Source of the DNA: an uncultured euryarchaeote
GTDB lineage: Archaea > Thermoplasmatota > Poseidoniia > Poseidoniales > Poseidoniaceae
Assembly: GCA_937899865.1 (NCBI GenBank)
Contig: CALBRH010000025.1
Coordinates: 32,001 to 96,000 of the forward strand
DNA: 64,000 nt
Direction of reading: 5' to 3'
The position numbers and the translations under genes were made by a program. This document shows, piece after piece, positions 9,840 through 20,100 of this stretch (within the stretch, counting starts at the first letter, position 1; the number at the start of each line of letters is the position of its first letter). A model generated the notes under the pieces. That model did not search any database and was not told the origin of the DNA. It saw only the letters and a program-made list of their open reading frames with translations.

Positions 9840-11930
9840 TTGTCTCATTATCGGAGTAATTATCACAGGCGAGGTGATATTATCGAACACCCACTATTAA
9901 TCGATTATGGGCCGATTCCCGGTTGGGTAATTTTGGCTATTATTGGAGTGATTTCAATATCATTTTTTTCATATCAAGTATGGAAAGCAACTCGTTTGGT
10001 AATGATTGGAAAACCTGACAACCGATTCGACAATTGGCCTGCCCGTATCAAGGAAGTAGCAACAGGTTGGTTGGGTCAAAAGAAAGTGTTGGAAGACAGA
10101 ATTGCTGGTGGTATTCACGTCTTAATGTTCTGGGGCTTTCTCATGCTTTCTACAGATATGTTTGATTTAGCAACTGCTAACTGGTTTTCTCATAATTTGT
10201 TGCCAGCTATAGTCAAAGGACCTTGGAATCTAATGGTTGAGACGGGCTATACTATCGCATTAGTAGGGTGTATGGCTGCATTGATACGGAGAGTAATTTT
10301 CACTCCGGACAAACTCAAGGGTAAATCACAACTTGAAGGCAATGTAATTTTATTGTTGATTATGACCATTACGGTAACATCATTCTTTGTAGAAGCCGGT
10401 GAACAAGGAGTATCTTCAACCTATGAGCCAATAGGCGCTTGGGTAGCAGAAACAATTGCGCCATCTACTAATGTTGTCGTAGGTGCTTATTGGGCTCACA
10501 TGTTGGCTATTGCTACATTTCTGTTTTTGATTCCACTTTCCAAGCATATGCATTTAGTGATGGCATTCCCTAACGTATTCTTCCATGACATGCGTCCTAT
10601 GGCGACAATGGAGCCAATGCAAGTTGGTGAAGATGGTAAAGCAGTATTACTTGATGACTTGGATGTTGAGTCATTTGGTACAGTAAATTACACAGATTTG
10701 ACATGGCGAAATCTAATCGATGGTTGGGCTTGTACATCATGTGCTCGCTGTCAAGATGTATGCCCAGCATATGCATCTGGAAAATCACTAAACCCAATGC
10801 AAATTATTCACGATGTTAGAAATTATGCTAATGACAATTATACTACACTAATGGCAGGAGAGACTCCTGAACAGGATATTATTGCTAAGTTCGGTGAAGA
10901 TTCAATTTGGGCTTGTACTACATGCCATGCATGTGTAGAAGCATGTCCAATTTACATCGACCATGTGCCAAAACTAACCGATGCTCGTAGGCATTTGATG
11001 ATGGAGCGAATGGAGTTTGACGAAAAAGTCGAAGATACCGTCATGCCATTAATGGCAACTATAGAGAACCTGGAATCAGATTCCAATCCTTACGGATTAC
11101 CTTCTCATGAAAGAGGTGATTGGGCTGCAGATCTTGATGTCAAAGTTGCTGAACCAGCCGAATATATCTATTTCGCCGGTTGTGCAGCATCATTTGATGA
11201 GCGCAATAAGAAGGTTGCAAGAGATACTATCAGCATTATGAAAGAAGCCGGCTTAGATGTTGGAATTCTCGGAATGCAAGAAGGCTGTAGTGGAGATGCG
11301 GCTCGCAGGGCAGGAAATGAATACTTATTCCAAATGCTTGCAGAAACTAATCTTGCTACATTTGAGGAAATAGGAGTTAAGAAAGTGGTCGCCTCTTGTC
11401 CACACTGTTTCCATACTCTAGGCAAGGAATACAAAGACTATGGCGGTGAAGACATCGAAGTAATGCACCACTCACAATTAATCAACCATCTTCAAGCAGA
11501 AGGTAAGTTGCCAGAACCTAAACACGATGGTTCTGTAACTTATCATGACCCATGCTACTTAGGTAGGATTGGCGGTGAATTAGATGCTCCAAGAAAAGCC
11601 ATTGGTGGAGTTGATATAGAAACTGAACGCAGTGGAAAATCTTCCTTCTGTTGTGGTGCAGGCGGTGCTCAAATGTGGATGGAAGAGCATGTCGATGAAG
11701 GCTATGATCGAGTTAACATCATTCGTTCAAAAGAACTTGCAGAAACAGGTGCTGATACTGTGGCAGTGGGTTGCCCATTCTGTTCAACAATGATTACCGA
11801 TGGACTTTCTGCTATTGGCTCTGAAATGGAAGTTAAGGATATTGCAGAGATTGTTTGGGAACAACTCAAGGCAAATGATGCAGTGATTGAAGCCAAGAAG
11901 AGCGACAAATCAGAAGCAGCAGAAGCTTGA
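9840..11930 (+). CDS. Membrane-bound Fe-S oxidoreductase (FadF/HdrED-like: TM domain, two 4Fe-4S, CCG domains)
   Basis: Multiple N-terminal TM helices; CTSCARCQDVCP and CTTCHACVEACP; GCSGDAARRAGNEYLFQ, CPHC, HDPCYLGR, CCGAGG, CPFC. Start uncertain (TTG). Confidence 0.85.
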   Translation: MSHYRSNYHRRGDIIEHPLLIDYGPIPGWVILAIIGVISISFFSYQVWKATRLVMIGKPDNRFDNWPARIKEVATGWLGQKKVLEDRIAGGIHVLMFWGFLMLSTDMFDLATANWFSHNLLPAIVKGPWNLMVETGYTIALVGCMAALIRRVIFTPDKLKGKSQLEGNVILLLIMTITVTSFFVEAGEQGVSSTYEPIGAWVAETIAPSTNVVVGAYWAHMLAIATFLFLIPLSKHMHLVMAFPNVFFHDMRPMATMEPMQVGEDGKAVLLDDLDVESFGTVNYTDLTWRNLIDGWACTSCARCQDVCPAYASGKSLNPMQIIHDVRNYANDNYTTLMAGETPEQDIIAKFGEDSIWACTTCHACVEACPIYIDHVPKLTDARRHLMMERMEFDEKVEDTVMPLMATIENLESDSNPYGLPSHERGDWAADLDVKVAEPAEYIYFAGCAASFDERNKKVARDTISIMKEAGLDVGILGMQEGCSGDAARRAGNEYLFQMLAETNLATFEEIGVKKVVASCPHCFHTLGKEYKDYGGEDIEVMHHSQLINHLQAEGKLPEPKHDGSVTYHDPCYLGRIGGELDAPRKAIGGVDIETERSGKSSFCCGAGGAQMWMEEHVDEGYDRVNIIRSKELAETGADTVAVGCPFCSTMITDGLSAIGSEMEVKDIAEIVWEQLKANDAVIEAKKSDKSEAAEA

Positions 11931-11935
11931 TTGAT

Positions 11936-12574
11936 ATGCGTCTATTAGTTGTAGATCTATTGGCTGAAAGAAAAGCGTTTGGCAAAGAAGGCGTAAGGGA
12001 AATTGTAGCACATTTTGACAATCCAGAAGTATTTCTTTGGTCGCCACATACAACAGAGAGAACTGAATACGGTTTTGGGACAGTTGTTGAGCAGCCAGTT
12101 GATTGCGATTTTATTGCCATAACCGGTTCTCGCCGGAATGTTAGTTCATGGGAGCCATGGATGGATGATGTTGCAGAATTAATCCGAACTGCTGAAGTGC
12201 CAATAATTGGAATTTGTTTTGGCCATCAGATTATTGCTGCAGCCCTTGGGGGTAAAGTAGAGCGAGCATCCAAAGGTAGTCATTTTGTTTCTGAAGTGAA
12301 ATACATAGATGGTGCTGTAGTTAATGCTGTGTTCACCCATCAAGACCACGTTGTAGATGCAGGAGAGTTAGAGGTGATTGCTTCTGCACAACATTGCAAG
12401 ATAGCGGCTTGTCAACATCCAACTAGGCCGATAAGAACAGTCCAATATCATCCTGAAGCAACATCTCGTATATTGTCTAAAGCACTTAAGCACGGTGATA
12501 TGACTAAAGTCGAAGCAGAAGTTTTTGATATGTCAAAGCCTTTGATAGATGTTTATGATTCACTCCTTGCTTGA
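11936..12574 (+). CDS. Class I glutamine amidotransferase-like protein (GMP-synthase GATase-like)
   Basis: ITGSR, GICFGHQ nucleophile elbow, QYHPE His-Glu. Confidence 0.85.
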   Translation: MRLLVVDLLAERKAFGKEGVREIVAHFDNPEVFLWSPHTTERTEYGFGTVVEQPVDCDFIAITGSRRNVSSWEPWMDDVAELIRTAEVPIIGICFGHQIIAAALGGKVERASKGSHFVSEVKYIDGAVVNAVFTHQDHVVDAGELEVIASAQHCKIAACQHPTRPIRTVQYHPEATSRILSKALKHGDMTKVEAEVFDMSKPLIDVYDSLLA

Positions 12575-13288
12575 ATTGGAAAGTTCAATGAAATCTTGTT
12601 CAAACGAGTAAAGACACAATATTAATCCAACAAAAAGAGCATATTCTGCATATGCTGCAACATCAATAGCATACTGGATTTTGTCCAAAGTTAGAATTGT
12701 ATCTCCCTCAAGTCCATATTTGTCTAAACCATTAACTGCACGAACGACTGCTTGAGACATTATCACATAGGATATTAATGATAGTGAGATACTAAAAATT
12801 CGCAACTTCTTCCCCTTCTTATTGGCATTTGGAATAGCAAAGTGAGCCACGATTGCCCATACCATGCCGCCTTGAAAAACCATTGAGGCTGTAATGACAT
12901 GTAGTGCAAGATAGTCATACATGTTAGCAAATGACATTACAAACAAATTTCCACCAGTGAAAAGACCGCATAACATTGCTAAAAACAATAATTTGCTAGA
13001 CTTTATTCTACTAAATTCGTACCACATCCGATAAGAAAATAGCATTTGAGCAAGTCCTGAAATTGCTAAACCAATTGTGAATACCCATCGCTCTACACCA
13101 GGGAAATCAGCTTCAGAGATGAAGAAGGGGAAGTCTCTGGAATTGCCATTTAGCAAATGAATTACCATGGCTAAAGGTACTACAGTAGCAGGTAGTAACC
13201 AACTAGTCTTAACTAGGGTTTCATCAGACAGGAATATTTTTCCAATTTTGATGCCATTTTTATCATTTTTCACTACGACACCGTGCAT
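12560..13288 (-). CDS. Frag1/DRAM/Sfk1-like multi-pass membrane protein
   Basis: About 6 TM helices; FPFFISEAD...ERWVFTIG, LHVITA and AAYAEY resemble the conserved PYIS/H/E positions of the DRAM/TMEM150/PGAP2 family. Start uncertain. Confidence 0.55.
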   Translation of the reverse strand: MHGVVVKNDKNGIKIGKIFLSDETLVKTSWLLPATVVPLAMVIHLLNGNSRDFPFFISEADFPGVERWVFTIGLAISGLAQMLFSYRMWYEFSRIKSSKLLFLAMLCGLFTGGNLFVMSFANMYDYLALHVITASMVFQGGMVWAIVAHFAIPNANKKGKKLRIFSISLSLISYVIMSQAVVRAVNGLDKYGLEGDTILTLDKIQYAIDVAAYAEYALFVGLILCLYSFEQDFIELSNSSKE

Positions 13289-13349
13289 GGCGAATGGATT
13301 CGTGCCTATAACCTTCAAGTGTGATGGCTAACACCGCAACCTGTTTCAA

Positions 13350-14837
13350 ATGCCTCTGCGAGTCCACGACACCCGCCGTCGAGAGAAAGTTCCGTTCAAA
13401 ACAATGGAGCCAGGTAAAGTCTCGATGTATGTCTGTGGCGTGACTGTATACGATAATTGTCATTTAGGCCATGCTCGTTGCTATCTTGCGTTTGACTTGA
13501 TCCATCGTTGGCTTGAAGCATCAGGATTTGATGTACATTATGTTCAGAATTTCACCGATATCGATGACAAAATCATCAATCGTGCCAACGAAACAGGAGC
13601 AGATTGGCGAAAATTGGTAGATGAAAATATTGCAGGATATTATGAAGATATGGACGCACTCAACATATTGAGAGCTGATGATTATCCACGTTGTACGGAA
13701 TATGTAGATGATATGATTCGTATTACTCAAGATTTAATCGATAAAAATCATGCATATACTGCCCACGATGGCGTTTACTTCCATGTTGAGTCAGCACCTG
13801 AGAAATATGGGCAATTGACCGGGCAAAGTATTGATGCGGTACGCTCAGGTGCAGGTGGTCGAGTCGATGATACTGGATCTGGAAAGCGAGATCACAAGGA
13901 TTTCGCTCTTTGGAAAGCCGCTAAACCAGGTGAGCCACACTGGGATTCTCCTTGGGGGCCAGGAAGGCCTGGTTGGCATATCGAATGTACTGCAATGTCA
14001 ATGGATTACTTTGGCAAACAGTTTGATATTCACGGTGGGGGTCATGATTTGCGATTCCCGCATCATGAAGCAGAAATCTTCCAAGGTGAATGTCACACAG
14101 GTTGTTCACCAGTAGTTCATCATTGGTTGCACAATGGTTTTGTTAATATCGATGGAGAGAAAATGAGTAAATCTCTGGACAACTTTTGGACTATCAAAGA
14201 TATCCTGAAACAAGTTGATGCAATGGTGTTAAGATTTGCTTTAATCAATGCACATTATCGCTCACCAATCGATATGAATGAGACCTTGTTAAAGGATGCT
14301 GAGCGCAATTATAATCGTGTTTTGAAGTGCTATATCAATGCACTAAAGAGCATGACTACGAAGTCACCAATTGCATTACCACAACCAGATATTACTTCTC
14401 AACAGCCGCTAATCAAGTCTTTAGCAATGCTCGAGAAAATGGGCGAAGGATTTGCTCAAGCAATGGATGATGATTTCAATTCTCGCGATGCAGTTGCTAA
14501 GGTTCTTGGAGGAGTAAGAGAAATTTCCAAAGTGCTAGACAGTGGTTTAGATGACGCAGATAAAGACGCATTTGCTCATTATGCAGTTGATTGGTTAGAA
14601 GAATCTGCAGGCGTAGTTCTTGGGATTTTACCAACTCGAGAATTTGCCTTATTAGAACCGGAAGAAGACCCGCGTAAAGCAGAGATTGCACCCCGAGTGG
14701 AGGGTCTTCTTATCGAGAGAGCAGAAGCAAGAGCTAACAAAGATTGGGCAAAGGCTGACCAAATTCGTGATGAGTTGAACTCAATGGGAGTAATCGTAAC
14801 TGATTCAGCCGATGGACCAACTTGGGAACTTGAGTAA
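13350..14837 (+). CDS. cysS: Cysteinyl-tRNA synthetase
   Basis: [46 protein letters not shown]. Confidence 0.98.
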   Translation: MPLRVHDTRRREKVPFKTMEPGKVSMYVCGVTVYDNCHLGHARCYLAFDLIHRWLEASGFDVHYVQNFTDIDDKIINRANETGADWRKLVDENIAGYYEDMDALNILRADDYPRCTEYVDDMIRITQDLIDKNHAYTAHDGVYFHVESAPEKYGQLTGQSIDAVRSGAGGRVDDTGSGKRDHKDFALWKAAKPGEPHWDSPWGPGRPGWHIECTAMSMDYFGKQFDIHGGGHDLRFPHHEAEIFQGECHTGCSPVVHHWLHNGFVNIDGEKMSKSLDNFWTIKDILKQVDAMVLRFALINAHYRSPIDMNETLLKDAERNYNRVLKCYINALKSMTTKSPIALPQPDITSQQPLIKSLAMLEKMGEGFAQAMDDDFNSRDAVAKVLGGVREISKVLDSGLDDADKDAFAHYAVDWLEESAGVVLGILPTREFALLEPEEDPRKAEIAPRVEGLLIERAEARANKDWAKADQIRDELNSMGVIVTDSADGPTWELE

Positions 14838-14864
14838 TTAGTAATCTCATTTGGAAGATTTACT

Positions 14865-17747
14865 TCACTTGGGCGGTGGTTTTAGATCAGGTAAAACCGG
14901 CACGAATTGTTTTGGTTGGTGCTTTTCCATCACTGTTAGGAACTCATCCAAACTGATTACTCCATCACCATTAGCATCAAATGTATCCAGCATAGCATCG
15001 ATATCTGAAACCTTTACAGAGTCTTTGAGCAATGTGTTGACAGCGGTTCGAATCTCTCTCCTTGAGACATAACCATCGTTAGTTTGGTCAATAGCAGTGA
15101 ACAACCTTACTGCAGAAAGTCCGGAGGATTTCATAGCGCTAGCAACCTTGTCCTTGATGTCGATTGAATCATCTTTACCATCAGAATCACTTGAAGATTC
15201 ATTCACATCTTCATCATCCCAAATTTTGTCGATTACTGTTGTTTGAGAATTAAGAAGATCATCATCGTCACCTCGACTGACAACATACAATCCAAATAGC
15301 AATGCAATCACAATAATTAGTAAAATTAGTTTCAATTGATTCTTTGTTGCTTCATCTGCTTCTGCTTCATCAATAAATTGGTCATCTGGTTGGTCAGCAA
15401 ACATGTCATCGTCATCATCAACAGTATTGTTATCGGTTGGTCCAGGTAATGTAGTAGTGTCGCCACCATTGTTGGTATTGCCGCCATTGTTGTTATTGTT
15501 ACCAGTATTTGTGTTGTCATCGGGAAGTTGAACATTGACATTTATCCTGTCACCATTTTCCATTTCAACAGTGTAATAATTGTCATATAATTTTGTCAAA
15601 TCAATGTGATAATTTGCATGAGTTGAACGATTGATTACATCGAAGTAGCGGTCATCTCCAGAAGTAAATATTGGGTCCAAAGTCAGGTTCTTCAAACGAT
15701 TAACATTATCTTTGTAATCACCATCAAAAGTAGTATTCAACCAAGCATTGATTTCTTCATCGCTGTCGCCGTTGAACTCGACCCAATTAGCCTTCATGTC
15801 ATCAAACTCATGACGCATAGCCATGGCCAGACCTGCCTCGATTTCGGCAAAGGTTTGACTACCATCTACCTCGGTCAGTGATGTCACATCTACGGCTTTT
15901 TGGAATCCTGTACCATTGACATATTCCCAATCATCACCTTGCAATTGTTGCATGAGGTCAACATCACCAAATACGGCTTTACCTTGTACTACGGTTAGTG
16001 CTACATCAGCATCAATAGCTTCAATCAAGTTTCGATATGGGTCTTCATGGAAGGTATCTATGACAACAAGGTCAGCATATAGGTCAGCCTTGATTCGTCC
16101 AACAAAAGGAGTCCACCCTGTGGCATCAGCAGGATTACAAGTAACCATTTCTACCAATTCATAATTGCTAAAGTGGCCACCAAGATTGTTGGTGTTCCAC
16201 ATATCTGCAACCTTTAATTCATGCAGGTTATTTTTCGAACCACTTGGCCCCCAATCTGGTGAGATTGAGATGCTTACACCTGCTTGGTCTGCCGCGACAA
16301 CATCAGTTGTATCACCGTATAGTAATAGATTAGAAAGCGGAGACCACACAAGTTCTGAATTGACACTAGCCATTTTACTAAATTGTGAGGAGTCTAATGC
16401 TGTTCCATGAATGACAATAGTTTCATCCATTATCAAATTCTTACTCCACAATGCATCAAATTCGTCTTTGCTGGATTGATCAACTCCTTCTGATAAGTGA
16501 ACAAACCACGCGTTTAGTGTTCCTGCCTCACTTTGACTAATCAGGTGGCTACCTGTATAATCGTCATCAGCAGCACCACATACAGCGCATGTAGAAATAC
16601 CGTCTTGTCCGAAGTTGTATAACTCGACATTTCTCGACAGAATGCTATCCCATGCTTGGGTGCCTGAACTTGGTGAACCTTGCATGGCAGTCACTCCACC
16701 GGAGACTGCTTGTACCTCAGCGTACTTCATCTGTTCACTTGCCATATCCCAACGATAAGTCGACTGAATATTGGTCTTCATCCAAGTAATACTTGGTCCG
16801 TAATCCCAGTTGTTACCCCATTGGTATCTGTTAGTGTATCCGCCTTCCTCTGACTTTTGAGAGTCACTAAGATGCACATCGAAATCCCAAAGAGGTATGT
16901 GATTGTAATGTACGTGATTGTGCAAATCAATCAATCCAGGATAAATTGTCCCTTCAGTTTCAACGATTGGCACATCAGTAAAATCAACACCAGCAGGTGG
17001 ATTGGCATTTGATGCCCATACCCCGGTAATCTTACCGTCACGAATCATCACATTTCCATCATTTATTACGTTATTTTCACCATCCATTGTGACAACTCTT
17101 CCTTTGAGAAGGAATGCTCTAGATGAGTCTGTGTTGGTCAACTTATAGCAATTAACAATGTTGTCAGGTACAGTATACGGCTCTGAATAATCTGCAGCCC
17201 TACCGGGGGTCGGGTCGTCCTTGGTTAAACTGCCATCATCCGAAATGTAAGACCTGCCATAACTAGAGTCACTTGCTGGGAAAGACATAGAGTTGATTAG
17301 ATTAGAATTGGTATCAGAAATACTGACTGTCTCGCCATCAAAATAACTCAGATCGAGGTCGGAATCAGCACGGAATACTACCAATCTCTCATCAGCATCG
17401 AGCGTAGTATTGTATGGAAGTTGACAAGGCGGGCTACCACTGGTTGTTGAAAGGAGCCAACTTGAGACATCCTGTGGTGCATCACCGGAATTCCATATTT
17501 CGATAAATTGGTCACTATATTTACCGTAATCTCCGTCGCCATTCCAGTCAACTGCGCCGTAGATGTTAGAATTAGTTTCATTGGCTACAAGATTATTTGG
17601 ACTAATGAAAAGTTCCGAAATAACCACATTTGCCGCACGACCATTTGCCTCTTTTGCATCGTCTAATTCTAGGCTATTGACTGTTGAAGACCATGAAGAA
17701 AACATCAGCAGCAGCAACACGCTTGAGGCAACTAGTACTCGTCGCAT
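14865..17747 (-). CDS. Secreted/membrane-anchored lamin-tail-domain + amidohydrolase-superfamily protein with C-terminal EF-hand pair
   Basis: Signal peptide from ATG 17747; LTD-like VVISELF...DQFIEIWN; PGLIDLHNH, VHLSEG, IHGT, SPDW metal motifs; Asn/Gly linker; TM; EF loops DQTNDGYVSRRE and DANGDGVISLDE. Confidence 0.8.
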   Translation of the reverse strand: MRRVLVASSVLLLLMFSSWSSTVNSLELDDAKEANGRAANVVISELFISPNNLVANETNSNIYGAVDWNGDGDYGKYSDQFIEIWNSGDAPQDVSSWLLSTTSGSPPCQLPYNTTLDADERLVVFRADSDLDLSYFDGETVSISDTNSNLINSMSFPASDSSYGRSYISDDGSLTKDDPTPGRAADYSEPYTVPDNIVNCYKLTNTDSSRAFLLKGRVVTMDGENNVINDGNVMIRDGKITGVWASNANPPAGVDFTDVPIVETEGTIYPGLIDLHNHVHYNHIPLWDFDVHLSDSQKSEEGGYTNRYQWGNNWDYGPSITWMKTNIQSTYRWDMASEQMKYAEVQAVSGGVTAMQGSPSSGTQAWDSILSRNVELYNFGQDGISTCAVCGAADDDYTGSHLISQSEAGTLNAWFVHLSEGVDQSSKDEFDALWSKNLIMDETIVIHGTALDSSQFSKMASVNSELVWSPLSNLLLYGDTTDVVAADQAGVSISISPDWGPSGSKNNLHELKVADMWNTNNLGGHFSNYELVEMVTCNPADATGWTPFVGRIKADLYADLVVIDTFHEDPYRNLIEAIDADVALTVVQGKAVFGDVDLMQQLQGDDWEYVNGTGFQKAVDVTSLTEVDGSQTFAEIEAGLAMAMRHEFDDMKANWVEFNGDSDEEINAWLNTTFDGDYKDNVNRLKNLTLDPIFTSGDDRYFDVINRSTHANYHIDLTKLYDNYYTVEMENGDRINVNVQLPDDNTNTGNNNNNGGNTNNGGDTTTLPGPTDNNTVDDDDDMFADQPDDQFIDEAEADEATKNQLKLILLIIVIALLFGLYVVSRGDDDDLLNSQTTVIDKIWDDEDVNESSSDSDGKDDSIDIKDKVASAMKSSGLSAVRLFTAIDQTNDGYVSRREIRTAVNTLLKDSVKVSDIDAMLDTFDANGDGVISLDEFLTVMEKHQPKQFVPVLPDLKPPPK
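15450..15525 (-). repeat. Low-complexity Asn/Gly/Thr linker (DDNTNTGNNNNNGGNTNNGGDTTT)
   Basis: Imperfect TTG/GTT trinucleotide repeats within the CDS. Confidence 0.7.
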
Positions 17748-17834
17748 GTAGCGACCTTTACTAACAAGGACATTAACCCGCCGGTATCGATTTGGCAACG
17801 ATTAGATGATAGACTAAATCAAATTGGTAGAGTT

Positions 17835-18209
17835 ATGGCCACATTAGATATTAGTGAACCAGAGTTCTCCGGAATCATTGAAAATAACAAAATTGTCATA
17901 CTTGACTTTTGGGCTGAGTGGTGTGGCCCATGTAAGGCATATGGGCCGGTGTATGAGCGGGTTTCAAACGAATTTGAAGATGTGGTTTTTGCTAAAATCA
18001 ATACCGAAGAGGAACCTCAATTGGGTAGAATGTTCAATATTAGATCTATTCCAACAACCATTGCTTTCAAAGAACAGATTGGCGTTTTTATGCAGCCGGG
18101 GGCGCTTCCGGAAGCAGCATTACGTGATTTAGTGGTAATGTTACAAGACCTAGACATGGATGAAGTTAGAAAAGAGATGGAATCTATGAAGACCGAAGAA
18201 TCAGAGTAA
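17835..18209 (+). CDS. trxA: Thioredoxin
   Basis: LDFWAEWCGPCK, FNIRSIPT. Confidence 0.95.
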   Translation: MATLDISEPEFSGIIENNKIVILDFWAEWCGPCKAYGPVYERVSNEFEDVVFAKINTEEEPQLGRMFNIRSIPTTIAFKEQIGVFMQPGALPEAALRDLVVMLQDLDMDEVRKEMESMKTEESE

Positions 18210-18255
18210 GTCATATCATGCGATGATTTCAATAGGTTGAGGTTTAGCGCAACCC

Positions 18256-20064
18256 ATGCACTGGAAGCCTTGGCTCATCATTATGGTAATGATGAGTGCA
18301 ACTCTTTCCGGTTGTCTTGGTGAAGACTCGAGTACAGAGTCAGAGTCTATCAGCTATGATTCTTATCCTGAACCATGGGATAGAGCCAATATAGTGTACG
18401 ACAATACTGATGTCTTTAGTCGAGTTTCAGTAAATGGAACATTCAATATTTCAGCGCCACAATCAATCTATGTCCCAGTTCCAACAATTACCGCTGCTGA
18501 TGGTGGAGCGGGTGTAACTGGTGGTGCAGAGGTTCATCTTGGCTTATGGCTGCCTGAAATTGATGGCTGTGATTTCACTGCTGGAAATGTTAGCGAAGAA
18601 TGTAAAGTACCAGTCATTGCTGATGTCGGACCTTACTATGATGATGGAGATGTTTCGGCAACAACTCCGGCAGACAGGCTAGGTCGATTTTTAATCGAAA
18701 ACTATGTTCCACATGGCTTTGGTGTTGCCCAAGTATCGGTATTTGGTACCGGTAATTCAAATCATTGTATGGACTTAATGGGTACTGACGAGCAAAGAGG
18801 CATTGACGCTGCAGTGACCTATTTAGGAGAAGCAGGTTGGTCAAATGGAAAAGTTGGCTTAATTGGAAAATCCTATGATGGTTCAACACCATGGCAAGCT
18901 GCTACTTTTGGAAATCCATATCTTGCAACAATTGTTCCAATGTCTGGATTGATTGGTGTTCATGATTTGATGTGGCGCAATGGAAGTATGGAAGCAAGAG
19001 GCGCAATAATGCACAATGGAGTATACGGATCATTTGGAATTGATGGTGATGGCGGTGATACTGGGAACCTATGTGAGGGTTATATGGAAGGTTATGTAAA
19101 CGGTCCACTAGCCTATCAAACTGGAGGCATGGTAGACTATGCTGGCAATACTTATTGGACCGAGCGTTCATTCTTGTCTAGAGTATTAGAGAATTATCAA
19201 GGTTCAATTTACATAATCCAAGGAATGCAAGATTGGAATGTAGATCCGCACATGGCATTCCCCGTTCATCAGCAAGTCGAAGATGCTGGAATAGAGGTCA
19301 AAACATTAGCCGGACAATGGGCTCACGATTATCCTGACCGTGTTGAAGGTCATAGTTCACAAAACTCTGGCCGAGGTGCTGAGGCTTATCCCTACACATT
19401 GAGATGGGATTGGGCTGACGAGATGCTATTTTGGTTTGATTGGTACCTCAAGGGCGAAGGTAGAGCACCAACATTAGGAGTTGAAATGCAGGATAATCGT
19501 GGTGGCTGGAGATTTGAAACCACTTACCCAGCACCAGATACCGAATACTTGGAAATCAACGGTGCTGATATGGCGCCCGATGGAACTTCAATGTCAGCAG
19601 CATCGTCCATAACTCTAAGTTATGGGCCGTTCGAAGAAGATGTCTACATTGCTGGTATGCCAACATTCCATATTCCGGTTACACCTAGTACGCTAAATGG
19701 CGCACATGGGTTCTTGGAAATGACAGATGAAGAAGGAATGCACCTTGGACATGCTGTAATGGATTTCAGATTTCATGCAGGAGGTCGTGATGGCCAACTA
19801 ACTTTAGTGCCATATGTGGAAGTTCTAGGTTTGATGGAATTTATGCCAATGGATGTATTCATTAGTGCGGGAGAAACTATCTTCATCACTTTGACTCAAA
19901 CCGGTGAGGATTATGTTCCGTCATCATCTGCCGTTGGTGGTTATTCAGTTGATTGGAGTGCCTCAACTCTAACATTGCCAATAGTAAAGCGCACCTGTGA
20001 AGATTTATTCCAAGCCCCAATGCAAGTATATGGTACCGAAGATGCTGGCGTTAGAGAATGCTGA
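18256..20064 (+). CDS. Lipoprotein serine hydrolase, CocE/NonD / X-Pro dipeptidyl-peptidase (S15) family
   Basis: Lipobox LSGC; GKSYDG nucleophile; QGMQDWNV Asp; GQWAH His; C-terminal beta-domain. Confidence 0.85.
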   Translation: MHWKPWLIIMVMMSATLSGCLGEDSSTESESISYDSYPEPWDRANIVYDNTDVFSRVSVNGTFNISAPQSIYVPVPTITAADGGAGVTGGAEVHLGLWLPEIDGCDFTAGNVSEECKVPVIADVGPYYDDGDVSATTPADRLGRFLIENYVPHGFGVAQVSVFGTGNSNHCMDLMGTDEQRGIDAAVTYLGEAGWSNGKVGLIGKSYDGSTPWQAATFGNPYLATIVPMSGLIGVHDLMWRNGSMEARGAIMHNGVYGSFGIDGDGGDTGNLCEGYMEGYVNGPLAYQTGGMVDYAGNTYWTERSFLSRVLENYQGSIYIIQGMQDWNVDPHMAFPVHQQVEDAGIEVKTLAGQWAHDYPDRVEGHSSQNSGRGAEAYPYTLRWDWADEMLFWFDWYLKGEGRAPTLGVEMQDNRGGWRFETTYPAPDTEYLEINGADMAPDGTSMSAASSITLSYGPFEEDVYIAGMPTFHIPVTPSTLNGAHGFLEMTDEEGMHLGHAVMDFRFHAGGRDGQLTLVPYVEVLGLMEFMPMDVFISAGETIFITLTQTGEDYVPSSSAVGGYSVDWSASTLTLPIVKRTCEDLFQAPMQVYGTEDAGVREC

Positions 20065-20100
20065 TTTGTCATTGAGTACCAGGTGATTCTGAATAGTTAT

